From: a virus
IMG/VR virus record: IMGVR_UViG_3300014208_000003
Span: 94,263-158,262 of that record
Length of the DNA stretch: 64,000 bases
Reading direction: 5' to 3' (one strand)
Both the position numbers and the translations under genes were made by a program. The notes below the pieces were generated by a model. The model searched no databases. It saw only the letters and a program-made list of their open reading frames with translations, and was not told where the DNA came from. Below, piece after piece: positions 38,308-48,880 of the stretch. Numbering within the stretch: the stretch's first letter is position 1; every line of letters starts with the position of its first letter.

Positions 38308-38703
38308 TTATTCACCAAGAAATTTCAGATATTTAATGTCTAGATCCACTCCGAAATCACGTTTAACAGAAGCTACTAAATCTTTTTCTGTTATTTCGTT
38401 TCGCGATAATTCTTTAACATTATAACTGTAAAAATCAAGAGCAAACATTTTTATTTTACTGTTCAATTTCCAGAATTTATTGGCTTCTGATTTTAGAGAA
38501 CTGGTCTTTTGTTTTCCGCCTTCAAATCTGTACCACAACACCTTTTTAGCATTTGTGTATGTTTTGTAGCCATATCCCTGAGCATCGTCTAGAATTTCTC
38601 CTGTGTCTTTATCAATAATCACGAATCTTTCTTCTGGTCTATTCCAAGGCTCTTCATTATGATTTTTATTCGAAGGCATTTTAACAATAATTTTTTCAGT
38701 CAT
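38308..38703 (-). CDS. Hypothetical phage protein
   Basis: ILDDAQGYGYKT motif; GAGG RBS. Confidence 0.6.
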   Translation of the reverse strand: MTEKIIVKMPSNKNHNEEPWNRPEERFVIIDKDTGEILDDAQGYGYKTYTNAKKVLWYRFEGGKQKTSSLKSEANKFWKLNSKIKMFALDFYSYNVKELSRNEITEKDLVASVKRDFGVDLDIKYLKFLGE

Positions 38704-38869
38704 AAAAACCTCTTATTTTGTAATATTATCTTTCGGATCTGGTTCTTTGTCGATTGCTGTTATTATAATTGCTACTATGAAAAATATTAAACCAACAAAT
38801 AATAGAGAAATACCACTATAAAATAAAACTATTCCGAGACCTTCCATTATAACTCCTTAACTAAAATGG

Positions 38870-39181
38870 CTAAAAAATAAATGTTTGTGGTTCTTTTGGA
38901 GGTTTTATTTTGAATATGGTTTTGAATACTTTTTTCATATCGTTTACATCACAACTAATATCATTCAAAAATATAAAATCCCATCCTTCATCAGACGAAA
39001 CAGAAATTACTTTTCCAAAAACCATATATGCACCAGACATTCCATCACCAATTATTTGATATTTTACTTTTTCATTCCCACCAAGATAATCTTCTAAATG
39101 ATCAGCCCAAACATCTATATCATTAAATTTGTAAGGTAATTTCCAACCATGTACAATAAAATCAGTTCTATCCACACTCAT
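38870..39181 (-). CDS. Hypothetical protein
   Basis: AAGGAG RBS. Confidence 0.55.
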   Translation of the reverse strand: MSVDRTDFIVHGWKLPYKFNDIDVWADHLEDYLGGNEKVKYQIIGDGMSGAYMVFGKVISVSSDEGWDFIFLNDISCDVNDMKKVFKTIFKIKPPKEPQTFIF

Positions 39182-39473
39182 GATTTACTCCTTATTTTCC
39201 GAATCTTCTTGTTTTAGATCCTCTGTGCTATTTTTTGTAAGGACTCCAATCGTCCGGAAATTCCTTTGTATAATTATCTTTAGGATATTTCTTCTCGTAC
39301 TCATCTATCCAACAAAGAACTGTTTTTAATCCGAATCCACATATTATCGAACACACAATCACCAAGATCAAACTCCATACAGAAATATACATCAAAACCT
39401 CCTGAGAAAAAATTAAGGAAAACTGTTGAAACAATCTTCCTTAAGATACTTCATTCAAATCTCAAAAACAAGT

Positions 39474-39757
39474 TTAATCACAAATGATTTCGACTCTGTT
39501 TAAGAATTCCACACCATAACCAATTCCGTTTTCTCTAGCAATTTTTTTCCGATATATGGCTTTCCTTTAACGGTCAAAATAATTAATTCACCCATTTTGT
39601 AAGTAAAATTCGTTTTTAATTTGCACCCAGTTTTAGAAATATTTACTATTGATTCGTCTACACCCTGTTCCCAAATGTGCGATCTCGTATTAATATCTAC
39701 TCGGTGTCTGATCGATTCTCTACATTCTTTATTTGGGGCTTTTAAATGTTTCTTCAT
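39474..39757 (-). CDS. PilZ-domain (c-di-GMP-binding) protein, apparently frameshifted at an A7 run
   Basis: RESIR (RxxxR) and NISKTG (D/NxSxxG); removing one base at 39542-39548 restores GKIARENGIGYGVEF. Confidence 0.7.
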
Positions 39758-39926
39758 AGTTAATCATCAATTTCTTCTAATGATTTTCCTAATGCTTCTG
39801 AAGGTTTAGACACAATGTTCGTTAGTCTCTTTGTTCCGGTCACTTCTCCAACAGCACCGGTAACATCAGAAACTATTTTAAAAGGTGCTGACAATAAATC
39901 TCCGAATAATCCCATAGAAAATCTCC

Positions 39927-41096
39927 TTAAATAATGCTGGTCAAATGTCTAATGAACTTAGGTGATTCTGTCCATCTTGCTTCATCTTCTAGTTTCTGAT
40001 AGCCTTTTGCAACAGTTAAATTATATTCATCTTTCTGAGAATATTTTCTGATAACTTCTTCAATATCTTCTACGGTACAATTATCAAAGACTTTCACCAA
40101 ATTGTTATCATAAGGACTTTCTTCACCATTACTAAAAACAGTTCCGATTGGTATTGCTCCTATTGCCTGTGCTTCTATAGTTTTAATATCTGATTTTGAC
40201 TGGTTGAAATGATTATATGTTAAAGGTGAAATAACAAAATCCGGATTGATCTGTTTCATAGCAAAAGGATAATTGAAAGCGGGTAGCCAATCAATAACAC
40301 GAATTTTATCTTTAATCTCTTCCCAAAACCAAGGACAACCACCCATACAAACAAATGTAATCTTATCTTCTTTTACTGCTTTCAATACCCAATCAGACCA
40401 TGCATTATTCAAATCACCTTTCATCTTTTTAGTATTGGAATAGTGTGTAGGAGAACCATTATAAAGTACAACTGGTTTTTCGATATCTTTCTGGATCTCT
40501 TGTTTCTCAATCTTTCCGGAATACATATATCTTGGAACAGTATTCAGAACCACTTCAATACGCGTTTTAACACCCATATTTTCAAGGTATTTCTTTAAGT
40601 AAGGTGTTGAGACGGTTACTATATCTACCACGTCCATACACTCTCTTACAACGTCTCTATTCTCATCTGTTACTCTATCACTCGCGAAATTATAACTGGG
40701 AATGCCTTCAATATCCGTTCCACCCCATTCTTCATTATGACCGAAAACAAGATCATCCATATCATACACCATACGATATTGTAATTTTTCCTGAAGTCTA
40801 CGATATTCTTTCATTACTGTGAGATGTTCCGGACTCATATTGCGTTGAAACCACATAGTACGTACTCTAATCAATATATCAGACTGCCTTGTGAATAATT
40901 GTGTTAGATGGGGAAGTAATGTTCCCTGTTTCCCGAATAACGATCCCAAATAATTAAATGGCCAAATAGCGCGAATAGTTCCGGAACCAACATGATCGGA
41001 ATAATGTGCTAGAACCACGTTTTTAACTACCTTGATTACATTCTGTTTTTCTGCATGTTTCGTATCTTCTGCTTTAACCTCATCAACTATTCTCAT
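39927..41096 (-). CDS. Glycosyltransferase-like protein
   Basis: WFQR, VYDMDD, VTVST, ISPL..FNQSKSDIKTIEA (GT-B-like). Confidence 0.65.
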   Translation of the reverse strand: MRIVDEVKAEDTKHAEKQNVIKVVKNVVLAHYSDHVGSGTIRAIWPFNYLGSLFGKQGTLLPHLTQLFTRQSDILIRVRTMWFQRNMSPEHLTVMKEYRRLQEKLQYRMVYDMDDLVFGHNEEWGGTDIEGIPSYNFASDRVTDENRDVVRECMDVVDIVTVSTPYLKKYLENMGVKTRIEVVLNTVPRYMYSGKIEKQEIQKDIEKPVVLYNGSPTHYSNTKKMKGDLNNAWSDWVLKAVKEDKITFVCMGGCPWFWEEIKDKIRVIDWLPAFNYPFAMKQINPDFVISPLTYNHFNQSKSDIKTIEAQAIGAIPIGTVFSNGEESPYDNNLVKVFDNCTVEDIEEVIRKYSQKDEYNLTVAKGYQKLEDEARWTESPKFIRHLTSII

Positions 41097-41320
41097 CGTG
41101 TGCCTTTCAAAATGAATTGTTTTCTTTTTTTATTTTGTAGATCGTAAATATCGGATTCTATTAATGTTAATCTTTCCTCGGTAGTTAGATTTGATCTTGT
41201 TATCAAAAACGCCTCTTTAGAATTTTTATATTCTTCGGACAAGCACAATACACATTTAAAATTGTAGTGAGGCGTTGAACTATTACACTTCGGACAAAAA
41301 GTTAAAAATGCCATATTACC

Positions 41321-41773
41321 TCAATAGCAATCTACATTTAAGATTTCTAAAATTTTATTATAATCACTAAATGTCAAACCCTCTATCGGATCTACCATAA
41401 TAAAAAACGGTTCTTGTTCCGGAAGCATTTCTTCGCGATCATCCAGAATCACATATTCTTCATGACCATTTCTTTTTAACCAGTCTTGAATCTCTTCTCC
41501 ACGATTACAAGAGAAGCATCGAGTATATTTATCTTCATGCAAATGCTCTTCCAAACCATATTTCTGTAATTGTTTATGAAGATCTTTTTGATTTGATTCA
41601 CCTACACGCCACGATGAGGATATTACTATTTTTGTATTACTTTTCTCACAAATTGTTTTTAAAAATTTACAAGCCAAATCATCCCAGTCAAACATCATTC
41701 CCTGTGTTGCATAAGCTGTATAGGATTTATCTGTGCATATAGTTCCGTCAATATCCAAAAAAACTATTTTCAT
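41321..41773 (-). CDS. HAD-superfamily phosphatase (HAD_SAK RNA-repair type)
   Basis: FLDIDG, ISSSWR, RGEEIQDWL, YVILDD. Confidence 0.82.
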   Translation of the reverse strand: MKIVFLDIDGTICTDKSYTAYATQGMMFDWDDLACKFLKTICEKSNTKIVISSSWRVGESNQKDLHKQLQKYGLEEHLHEDKYTRCFSCNRGEEIQDWLKRNGHEEYVILDDREEMLPEQEPFFIMVDPIEGLTFSDYNKILEILNVDCY

Positions 41774-42281
41774 TATCTCCCCAATCTGTATTTTAAACGT
41801 CTAATCCAAATAACAATTCGATGTCTAATGAACATTCCTAGATTTTCTTTATAACCAACAGTAAAGCAACAAAAGTCTTTACAAACATTTAGACTATCTT
41901 TATCCTCAAAATGTTTTAAACAATATCCATCTCCTGTTTCTTCTCTGTCTAGATCAATCCCGTTTCTAAAATACAGGCAAAAATCACAAATAGGTTCACA
42001 GAAGTTTTTACATTTTAACATTTAATCTTCGTCCGTTAAAGTTCCGTTATCAGCACCTTTATAGTTATCTTCTTCAAATGTTAAAACTTCTAATGTCATT
42101 TTTTTATCAAGTAACAAAACCTTATTTTCTTCCAAGCCTCTTTTTAATGATTTATATATTTCATTTCCTTGTAGAGTATTAAGAAAACCATCATATCTAA
42201 AAACAAGAATATCCTTTTTAGATATTTTCAAGCTATGTTCTATAGAGATTCCGGAATTATCAACAACACGAATTTTCATCA

Positions 42282-43316
42282 TCATTCTCCTTTATTTGCT
42301 CTATTGTATAATTCCAAAAGCTTCTTCAAAACATTCTCTTTATTATCTATTGTTTGAATGTTTATGTATTCTCTTATTAAATCTTCACTGGAATTAATTT
42401 TAGAAAAGTCCATACCATCAATAAGATCATCACCAAGGATTTCATTATTGATTTTTAGAACGGGAGGAAAAGCAGGTTTATACTCTTCAATTTTCTTAAT
42501 ATATTCCTGAACTTTTTCTTCATCAACTTCACCATCATATTTTACATTAACGTCTACAAAATTATTCCGGATAGTTTCTTCAGTAAATTCTTCCGGAAAA
42601 TTCAATATCTTAAACTGCATGGAAACTTTATTCTCTACAAATTCAAAAGTATTATCGTTCTTTAAAATTGTATAGCCTCGTGGTTCGTTAATATCTCCTC
42701 TTGTAATCTGATATGGAGAACCTATGTAAACAATATTCGTACTAGCAATTTCTTTAATACTTCTTGAATGAAAATGTCCAGTAAAAACATTCTTAAACTT
42801 ATCAACAAAAATATCTAGTGTTAGTCCATCTTCGGTAACTACATCTTTATTCATTGCAAAACCAAATAGATGAAAATGTCCGAAACAATTATTATACTTC
42901 TTTCCGCAAAATTCTAGATGTTCTATAAATGGTTTATCTTCTACTAGCCACGGAACAAATAAATCTTTTCCTATCTCTGTAATTTTATCTATTATCTGTA
43001 CATTTGGAAATTTAGACAAGAACTTTAATGAATGAACATCTATTGTCGAGTTGTAATAAATATCATGATTACCAAGAAGGATTATAACATTAAATTCCGC
43101 AAGATCTATCTCAAAAAGGTCATGAAGAATATTGAAGACTTTAATATTTACTGTTTGCCTTGTATCTAAAATATCACCTAGAATATAAATGTCCTTAATC
43201 TTCTTTGCTTTTGCTTCCGGAATTAGTTGCTCTCTTATGAATTTTAACTGAGAATCTAAAAATATTTCGTTTGCTTTCTTTACACCAAAATGCAGATCAG
43301 ATATTAAAATTTTCAT
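42282..43316 (-). CDS. Recombination nuclease (gp47, Mre11/SbcD-like)
   Basis: SDLHFG, LGD, GNHD, GHFH, YIGSPYQ. Confidence 0.92.
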   Translation of the reverse strand: MKILISDLHFGVKKANEIFLDSQLKFIREQLIPEAKAKKIKDIYILGDILDTRQTVNIKVFNILHDLFEIDLAEFNVIILLGNHDIYYNSTIDVHSLKFLSKFPNVQIIDKITEIGKDLFVPWLVEDKPFIEHLEFCGKKYNNCFGHFHLFGFAMNKDVVTEDGLTLDIFVDKFKNVFTGHFHSRSIKEIASTNIVYIGSPYQITRGDINEPRGYTILKNDNTFEFVENKVSMQFKILNFPEEFTEETIRNNFVDVNVKYDGEVDEEKVQEYIKKIEEYKPAFPPVLKINNEILGDDLIDGMDFSKINSSEDLIREYINIQTIDNKENVLKKLLELYNRANKGE

Positions 43317-43685
43317 CTATACTATCCTTGATTTATATAGGCTTGCTAATTCTTTTTCTATTGTTTCAATCAACTCCGGAATCTTTTCATATTGCTTTCT
43401 AAAAAGATATGCCTTGATTCCAGCTATAGCGTCTTTTATTAATTTTTTATCAACCAAATCTTCTAAAATATTTTCTGTCATCAACGTTTCACTGTCTTTA
43501 TCATATCCCATTCTGTTCACTAATTTATCTACTTCGTCTTTATGTATTTTAAACTGTCCTCTTGGTGGTCTGATTGCTTTTATAGTACCATCTACACACC
43601 AATTAGAAACGGTCTGTCTCGATGTTCCTATAATATGGGCGACTGTTCCGGTTGTGTAGTATAGTTTATTTGGTCTACTACTCAT
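43317..43685 (-). CDS. Excisionase/MerR-type HTH protein
   Basis: YYTTGTVAHIIGTSRQTVSNW..G.IKA.R. Confidence 0.7.
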   Translation of the reverse strand: MSSRPNKLYYTTGTVAHIIGTSRQTVSNWCVDGTIKAIRPPRGQFKIHKDEVDKLVNRMGYDKDSETLMTENILEDLVDKKLIKDAIAGIKAYLFRKQYEKIPELIETIEKELASLYKSRIV

Positions 43686-44043
43686 TTTCTCTGGCCATCT
43701 CCTCTATGAAAGACAACGATATAATTTTTTGATTCCTTCTGTTTATTGCGCCTAGATAATGAGTAAATGTTTTAAAGGCAATCTCTGAGAAATAAGCAAA
43801 AGGATTTCCCCTAGTAATATCATAAGACTTAATATACCGTACCATGTAATAAGTAGCATCCGAAGTCATTTCATCTTTATAATCTTTAGAGTAATTCATG
43901 AAACCGGGCTTCTGTAAAATATTGGAAGTTATCTGAAGAAATATTTTACCAATCTCGTTAAAGCTATACCGATCCTTTTCATTAAACCATTTTTCCAATA
44001 ATTCCTGAAACCTCTTATTGTCCACATAATGCTTCTTTTTCAT
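43678..44043 (-). CDS. Late-transcription sigma factor (T4 gp55-like)
   Basis: HYVDNK, FMNYS..KDEM.SDA, NPFAYFS; located next to gp46/47. Confidence 0.85.
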   Translation of the reverse strand: MKKKHYVDNKRFQELLEKWFNEKDRYSFNEIGKIFLQITSNILQKPGFMNYSKDYKDEMTSDATYYMVRYIKSYDITRGNPFAYFSEIAFKTFTHYLGAINRRNQKIISLSFIEEMARENE

Positions 44044-44375
44044 ATTGGCTGTACATCCTCTACTGATATTTTACACCCATCAAAAACTTTTAAACATTTT
44101 TCATCGTTTATAACATTTTGTATTGTGTTTTCTTTATGATCAAAATTATCGAATACCCAATCATCGGCATTTATCTCAACCTCTAACTTCACAAGATATT
44201 TAGAAGACTTATTTCCGGATGCCTTTAAACAATCATCACAGACAAAAATTTTAAAACTCTCACCGTCAAATTCCGAACCATATTGACAATTAACATTTAC
44301 CTCAGTTCCGGAAGATATAGTGTTAGTCATTGTTATTATTTCCAACTCTTTTTCACATTTAATACATTTGTTCAT
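44040..44375 (-). CDS. Hypothetical Cys-rich protein
   Basis: CIKC...YGSEFD..CDDC. Confidence 0.55.
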   Translation of the reverse strand: MNKCIKCEKELEIITMTNTISSGTEVNVNCQYGSEFDGESFKIFVCDDCLKASGNKSSKYLVKLEVEINADDWVFDNFDHKENTIQNVINDEKCLKVFDGCKISVEDVQPI

Positions 44376-44398
44376 AATTTCTCCTACTTAAATAATAA

Positions 44399-44647
44399 TC
44401 ACTTTGTCGTAGAATGTCTGAATCTTTCTAAATCAATTTCGAAAAAAGGATCTTGTAACTTCTTATCAAACATTTTTACAACATCTTCCGGAACATCCGA
44501 TTCTGGAATTTCTAATATTTGTCGGTATCGCGATCTTTCAAATATCAAATCGCTGTTAGGAATCCTGTTTTTATCAATAGTTCTTAGTGCGATATGTTCA
44601 GTGATTGCCAAATAATAATTTCCAAGACATTCTTCCCAATATCTCAT
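44399..44647 (-). CDS. PFFEIDL-tag family
   Basis: SDVPEDV..LQDPFFEIDLERF. Confidence 0.8.
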   Translation of the reverse strand: MRYWEECLGNYYLAITEHIALRTIDKNRIPNSDLIFERSRYRQILEIPESDVPEDVVKMFDKKLQDPFFEIDLERFRHSTTK

Positions 44648-44910
44648 TTCAAACTTTCTTTGTAACGTATCAGATCAATTTCGAAAAAAGGATTTGAAAT
44701 ATATTCCCAAATCCTTTTCATCACTTCTTCCGGAACATCTTTTTCAAAAACCTCTTTATAATCACTTCTACCACCTTGTATTATCCTAGAACAATAATTA
44801 TTATCTTTGTATCTTTCGGACGTCAAACAAACACCAAACCAAATTTGATCTTCTACTTCTATCCACCATGCATCAGAGTGTTCAGAATATTCTATGTATA
44901 ATTCCTTCAT
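44644..44910 (-). CDS. PFFEIDL-tag family
   Basis: EKDVPEEV..NPFFEIDLIRY. Confidence 0.8.
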   Translation of the reverse strand: MKELYIEYSEHSDAWWIEVEDQIWFGVCLTSERYKDNNYCSRIIQGGRSDYKEVFEKDVPEEVMKRIWEYISNPFFEIDLIRYKESLK

Positions 44911-47096
44911 TCTATCTCTATTCGACTAAAACCATTCACTTTCTTTATTCCGATCCTTCTGTCAAATAATTCTGTATCAAATGTTCTGTGACTAATGATA
45001 TAATAGCTCTGGTTATCTTTGGACATTGCCTTTAAACATAACATCATTTTATCAAGACCTTCTCCATCAACAGCACCATCTAAAAGTTCATCAATAAAAA
45101 GAAGGTTACTATTCCAATTACAGATCATTTTAACAATCTCAATAAATGTAAACAGAATTGATATATCTACTCTTTTCTGTTCTCCTCCGCTCAAAGAATC
45201 ATAACCAACAGGATCGAATCTACTGGCTGTCATATTAAAAACCTTATCTTCCATCTGTTCATCAAAAATTACTTTCAAAGGTAATTCAAATTTATTCAGG
45301 TATTCATTTACTTTAACATTGAACAGAGGAATCAGCTTCTTCATAAAAAATGATTTGATACCAGTTTCGGATAAAATCTCTTGAACAACCAATGCTTCAT
45401 TCAAATCCTTATCAATAGTTTTTGTTGTTTCATATAGCTCTTTGTATTCAGAACATTTTCCTTTAAATGATTCCTCTAATTCTTCAATATTCATTTCAAA
45501 TTTTCTTTTACCGATATCCAGAATTCTATTATTACATTCAACCATCTCTTTTTCGGAATTACTTATTTTCAGACCAATCATTTTAATATCGTTTTCAATC
45601 TTCTGTTTCTGAATCTCTTTTGTCCGAATGCCTTTTACCAATTCTTCTTTCTCTTTCAAACCATCATTCAAAACAGTTACTTCGGAATCTATTTTTATAA
45701 TTTCTTCCTGAATCTCTTTTATCTTTTCGTCCGATATTTCTAATAACTGTTTCTGTATCTCTTTTAACTCATGTTCCAGACCAGCCCTTTCAACAGTCAA
45801 TACCTTTAATTCACTTTCTTTGGATGATCTTGACTCATTGTTCTGTTTAATAGTTTTGATTTTAAGAACCAACTCAGAAATATTTTTGGTGTTATCTGCT
45901 ATTTTCTTTTCACGATCTTCAATAGTAATTCTTAAACTATCTATCGTATCCATTTTATCCACACCATCTATCGCTTCTAATGATTGATAACAGGTAGGAC
46001 AAACATCATTATCCTGTAAAAACTTTCTTTTGGTTTTATCAGAAGAATTATTAGAAACCATTAATGCATTCTCTGTTTTATACTCGCTTACTTTTGTTTC
46101 TAATTCCTGATATTCTTCTTTCTTCAACCATTCAAAATCCTTTTCTATATCAACTTTTTTCAAATCATATTCCGAAATACTCTTCTGTAACTTTTCGGAT
46201 TTTTCTTTAAGAGTAGTTTTGGAAGATGCCTTTGTAACAATCTCTTTATTCAGAACTGTCTTGGATGATAATTTTTCGGCAATATCTTTCGTAAATTGCC
46301 GAATATTAGTTTCTGCTTCTTCTTTACTTTCAATTTTAATAGTGCTAAGAGTCGTTTCTAAAGAGGATAATTCAGAAGCATATATAGTGAGACGGTCTGA
46401 AATATCTTTAATTGTAGACTCTTCTTTTGTTGTATCATCTAATTTCTGCTTATCAAAATTTTCTAGGGCTTTCTTTGTCTGGGTTATATTATTTCGCATC
46501 TGTTTTATAGACTCTTCTAAAACAGTAATTATTTTTCCGTTAGTATCTTTTTGAATCTTTAATCCAGAAATATCCTTCTTAAGACTTTTCAACATCTCAC
46601 CGAAAACTTTTATATTAAAAATGCTTTCAACAATATCTCTTTTTTCCTGAAGCTGCATTTTTAAGAAAGGCTTATTCTGATTAACAGATAACACTAGGAT
46701 CTGCTTGAATAACGTGTAATCTATCCCAAGAATTTTATCAATCTCGTCCTGAATCAATTTTTTTGAAGAAAGCAATTCTAGTTCCTGATCATTCTTATAT
46801 ATTTTAACACTATCCGGTGACATGGTTCTGACTATTCTGTACTCTTCCGAAGCAATATTGAAAAAGCATTCCGTGAACAATCCTTTTTTATTTGTCTTGT
46901 TTATAAGCTCTTTTAATTTAATATCTCTGTAAGGTTTTCCGTAAAGATTGTATGTGAGTGCTTCGGTGATACTTGACTTTCCGCAACCATTCGCAGCAGA
47001 TACATTTATTAGTCCATCATCAAATACAACTTCTGTGATATTGTTTCCATAAGACATGATATTAGAGAATCTTATTTTCTTAAACTTAATGAACAT
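44907..47096 (-). CDS. Recombination ATPase (gp46, Rad50/SbcC-like)
   Basis: NGCGKSS, coiled coil with CPTC hook, LSGGE, FIDE, ISH. Confidence 0.93.
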   Translation of the reverse strand: MFIKFKKIRFSNIMSYGNNITEVVFDDGLINVSAANGCGKSSITEALTYNLYGKPYRDIKLKELINKTNKKGLFTECFFNIASEEYRIVRTMSPDSVKIYKNDQELELLSSKKLIQDEIDKILGIDYTLFKQILVLSVNQNKPFLKMQLQEKRDIVESIFNIKVFGEMLKSLKKDISGLKIQKDTNGKIITVLEESIKQMRNNITQTKKALENFDKQKLDDTTKEESTIKDISDRLTIYASELSSLETTLSTIKIESKEEAETNIRQFTKDIAEKLSSKTVLNKEIVTKASSKTTLKEKSEKLQKSISEYDLKKVDIEKDFEWLKKEEYQELETKVSEYKTENALMVSNNSSDKTKRKFLQDNDVCPTCYQSLEAIDGVDKMDTIDSLRITIEDREKKIADNTKNISELVLKIKTIKQNNESRSSKESELKVLTVERAGLEHELKEIQKQLLEISDEKIKEIQEEIIKIDSEVTVLNDGLKEKEELVKGIRTKEIQKQKIENDIKMIGLKISNSEKEMVECNNRILDIGKRKFEMNIEELEESFKGKCSEYKELYETTKTIDKDLNEALVVQEILSETGIKSFFMKKLIPLFNVKVNEYLNKFELPLKVIFDEQMEDKVFNMTASRFDPVGYDSLSGGEQKRVDISILFTFIEIVKMICNWNSNLLFIDELLDGAVDGEGLDKMMLCLKAMSKDNQSYYIISHRTFDTELFDRRIGIKKVNGFSRIEIE

Positions 47097-47139
47097 GGAA
47101 GACCTTTCTACTGTGTTTTATTGTTAAACGCACTCTTTT

Positions 47140-47167
47140 ATAATAAGCACTTTGAATAGAAAAGCAA
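47140..47167 (-). promoter_or_regulatory. Promoter TTGCTT-N16-TATTAT upstream of gp46
   Basis: Shares TTCAAAGTGCTTAT with 3185-3212. Confidence 0.6.
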
Positions 47168-47343
47168 GACCCTTTCTTTCTGTCTTATCTTTGAGAATCG
47201 GAATCACACTGTTTTAGTCTTTTTTTTTTATTAATATACTTCCCCATTCCTTACCGCTATTAGTAAAGAAGTGTTACAATCATTTTTCTATCATCAAACA
47301 GTCATTTTCAAGTAGTGTTTGATCGGAACGCATGCGCTGTGCA

Positions 47344-47497
47344 AAAATGCCTTATAACGGCATTTTTATCTGTTGTTTATCAAAGGCAGTTTATTTCTGA
47401 ATTCCTAAGTAATTACTGAGGCATTTCTAAAAACTTATTAAGGCATTCCAGAGTAAATTCTATATTAGTTTGATCTAGTATTTTATTAAGGCATTTC
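47344..47497. repeat. Cluster of AGGCATT-like short repeats in a ~580-bp non-coding gap
   Basis: Direct copies near 47357, 47383, 47418, 47435, 47483 and an inverted copy at 47344. Confidence 0.6.
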
Positions 47498-47682
47498 ATT
47501 TAAATATTCCCTAGTAACTTTGCAACAAGAAGAATTTATTGATATCTGACTAAGTTGTATACCGAAGTATCTTAAATATAGAAAGAATTATTGATGAGTT
47601 CTTTTTTACCAATATCTGTGATTAACCTGCTAAAAAATAACAGGAGATAAAAAAACTAACAAAGATGTTCTAAATCTATTTT

Positions 47683-48867
47683 TTAAAGAAGCGGATATTT
47701 ATTGATCCGATATCCTTTATACAATAGTTTCTTCTTAAAGTCTGTATTCGTAATAACAGTCTTTTCCCAACGCTTCTGATACTTAAATTTAGCTCCATCA
47801 GTGAAGAACGCGAAATTACTCGAATGGCATTTTCTTGAATAAATTATATATGCGAGACTAAGTAATTTTTCACGATCACTTTCCGGAGCATTTTTTATAA
47901 CAAAATTTAATTTATTATGTGATTCTACTAAGTTGTTCCAGTCCTTATTTCCATTATATACGTTATCAATACAAGGAAATTTTTTCTGGACATATTTATT
48001 TTTTATAGTTATTGCTGAATTAAAATCTTTTTGGTATATAGTTTTTGTTTGTATTTTTGCATTAATATTTTGTCTGTTAATTAAATGTTCCGTTCCTAAT
48101 AACAAGTCAGAATCTGTTTGTGCTAAATTTGCTGTAGTATTAATAATTCGTTTTGATAATGATTTAATGTCTTTAAAATGATATCTGTCTAATCCTGTTA
48201 TTTCTTGAATTTCTGAATAAGTAACAGGACGTTCAAAAAGTGTGTTGTTAATAAATATTGCGTTACAGTGATTTAAAAAAGTTGATTCGGAAGATAATGT
48301 TTTGTAATATTCAATTGTGTATTTCGTAATTAATAAAGTCTGATTGTAAAAATTGTTTTTAAGATGTAATAGTTTTTTAATTCGTTCAAAGCATTTTATG
48401 GAATCACTTATTGTAAAATTTGCGTTTAAAAGATTGTTTGGATTAGTTTCTTTAGTCGTTATAAATTTTTGTTGGCATAGAAATAATAATGATTTTTGTA
48501 ATTGAATATCGTTAATTTTATGTTTATCTATATTGTGAATTTTTATATTATCAGCAGTTATCGGAATATTTCTTGAACGTAAATGCCTAATTGTAACATA
48601 AACAGAGAAGATATAGGATTTAACTTTCAAGGCATTCATTGCAAAAATAGTGTTATAATCAATCTTGCAAATAGGTAACAATAGATGATTCTGGGGATCA
48701 TTCTCTATATACCATTCAAGAGGTTTCAAATCAGGATTAAAAGAAGGACTCGGAATATTGCCTAAACAGAATCTTTTACCATCTTCTACTGAGCGATATA
48801 TTTCAGAATTAGATTTCTCTTTTTCTTGGTATCTTTGGTCTCTGTTTAATTCTCTGTTAAAAATCAC
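47683..48867 (-). CDS. Orphan 394-aa basic protein, possibly DNA-binding
   Basis: GTG start; HTH-like YSEIQEITGLDR; preceded by element copy C. Confidence 0.55.
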   Translation of the reverse strand: MIFNRELNRDQRYQEKEKSNSEIYRSVEDGKRFCLGNIPSPSFNPDLKPLEWYIENDPQNHLLLPICKIDYNTIFAMNALKVKSYIFSVYVTIRHLRSRNIPITADNIKIHNIDKHKINDIQLQKSLLFLCQQKFITTKETNPNNLLNANFTISDSIKCFERIKKLLHLKNNFYNQTLLITKYTIEYYKTLSSESTFLNHCNAIFINNTLFERPVTYSEIQEITGLDRYHFKDIKSLSKRIINTTANLAQTDSDLLLGTEHLINRQNINAKIQTKTIYQKDFNSAITIKNKYVQKKFPCIDNVYNGNKDWNNLVESHNKLNFVIKNAPESDREKLLSLAYIIYSRKCHSSNFAFFTDGAKFKYQKRWEKTVITNTDFKKKLLYKGYRINKYPLL

Positions 48868-48880
48868 GTTTACCCTTGTT

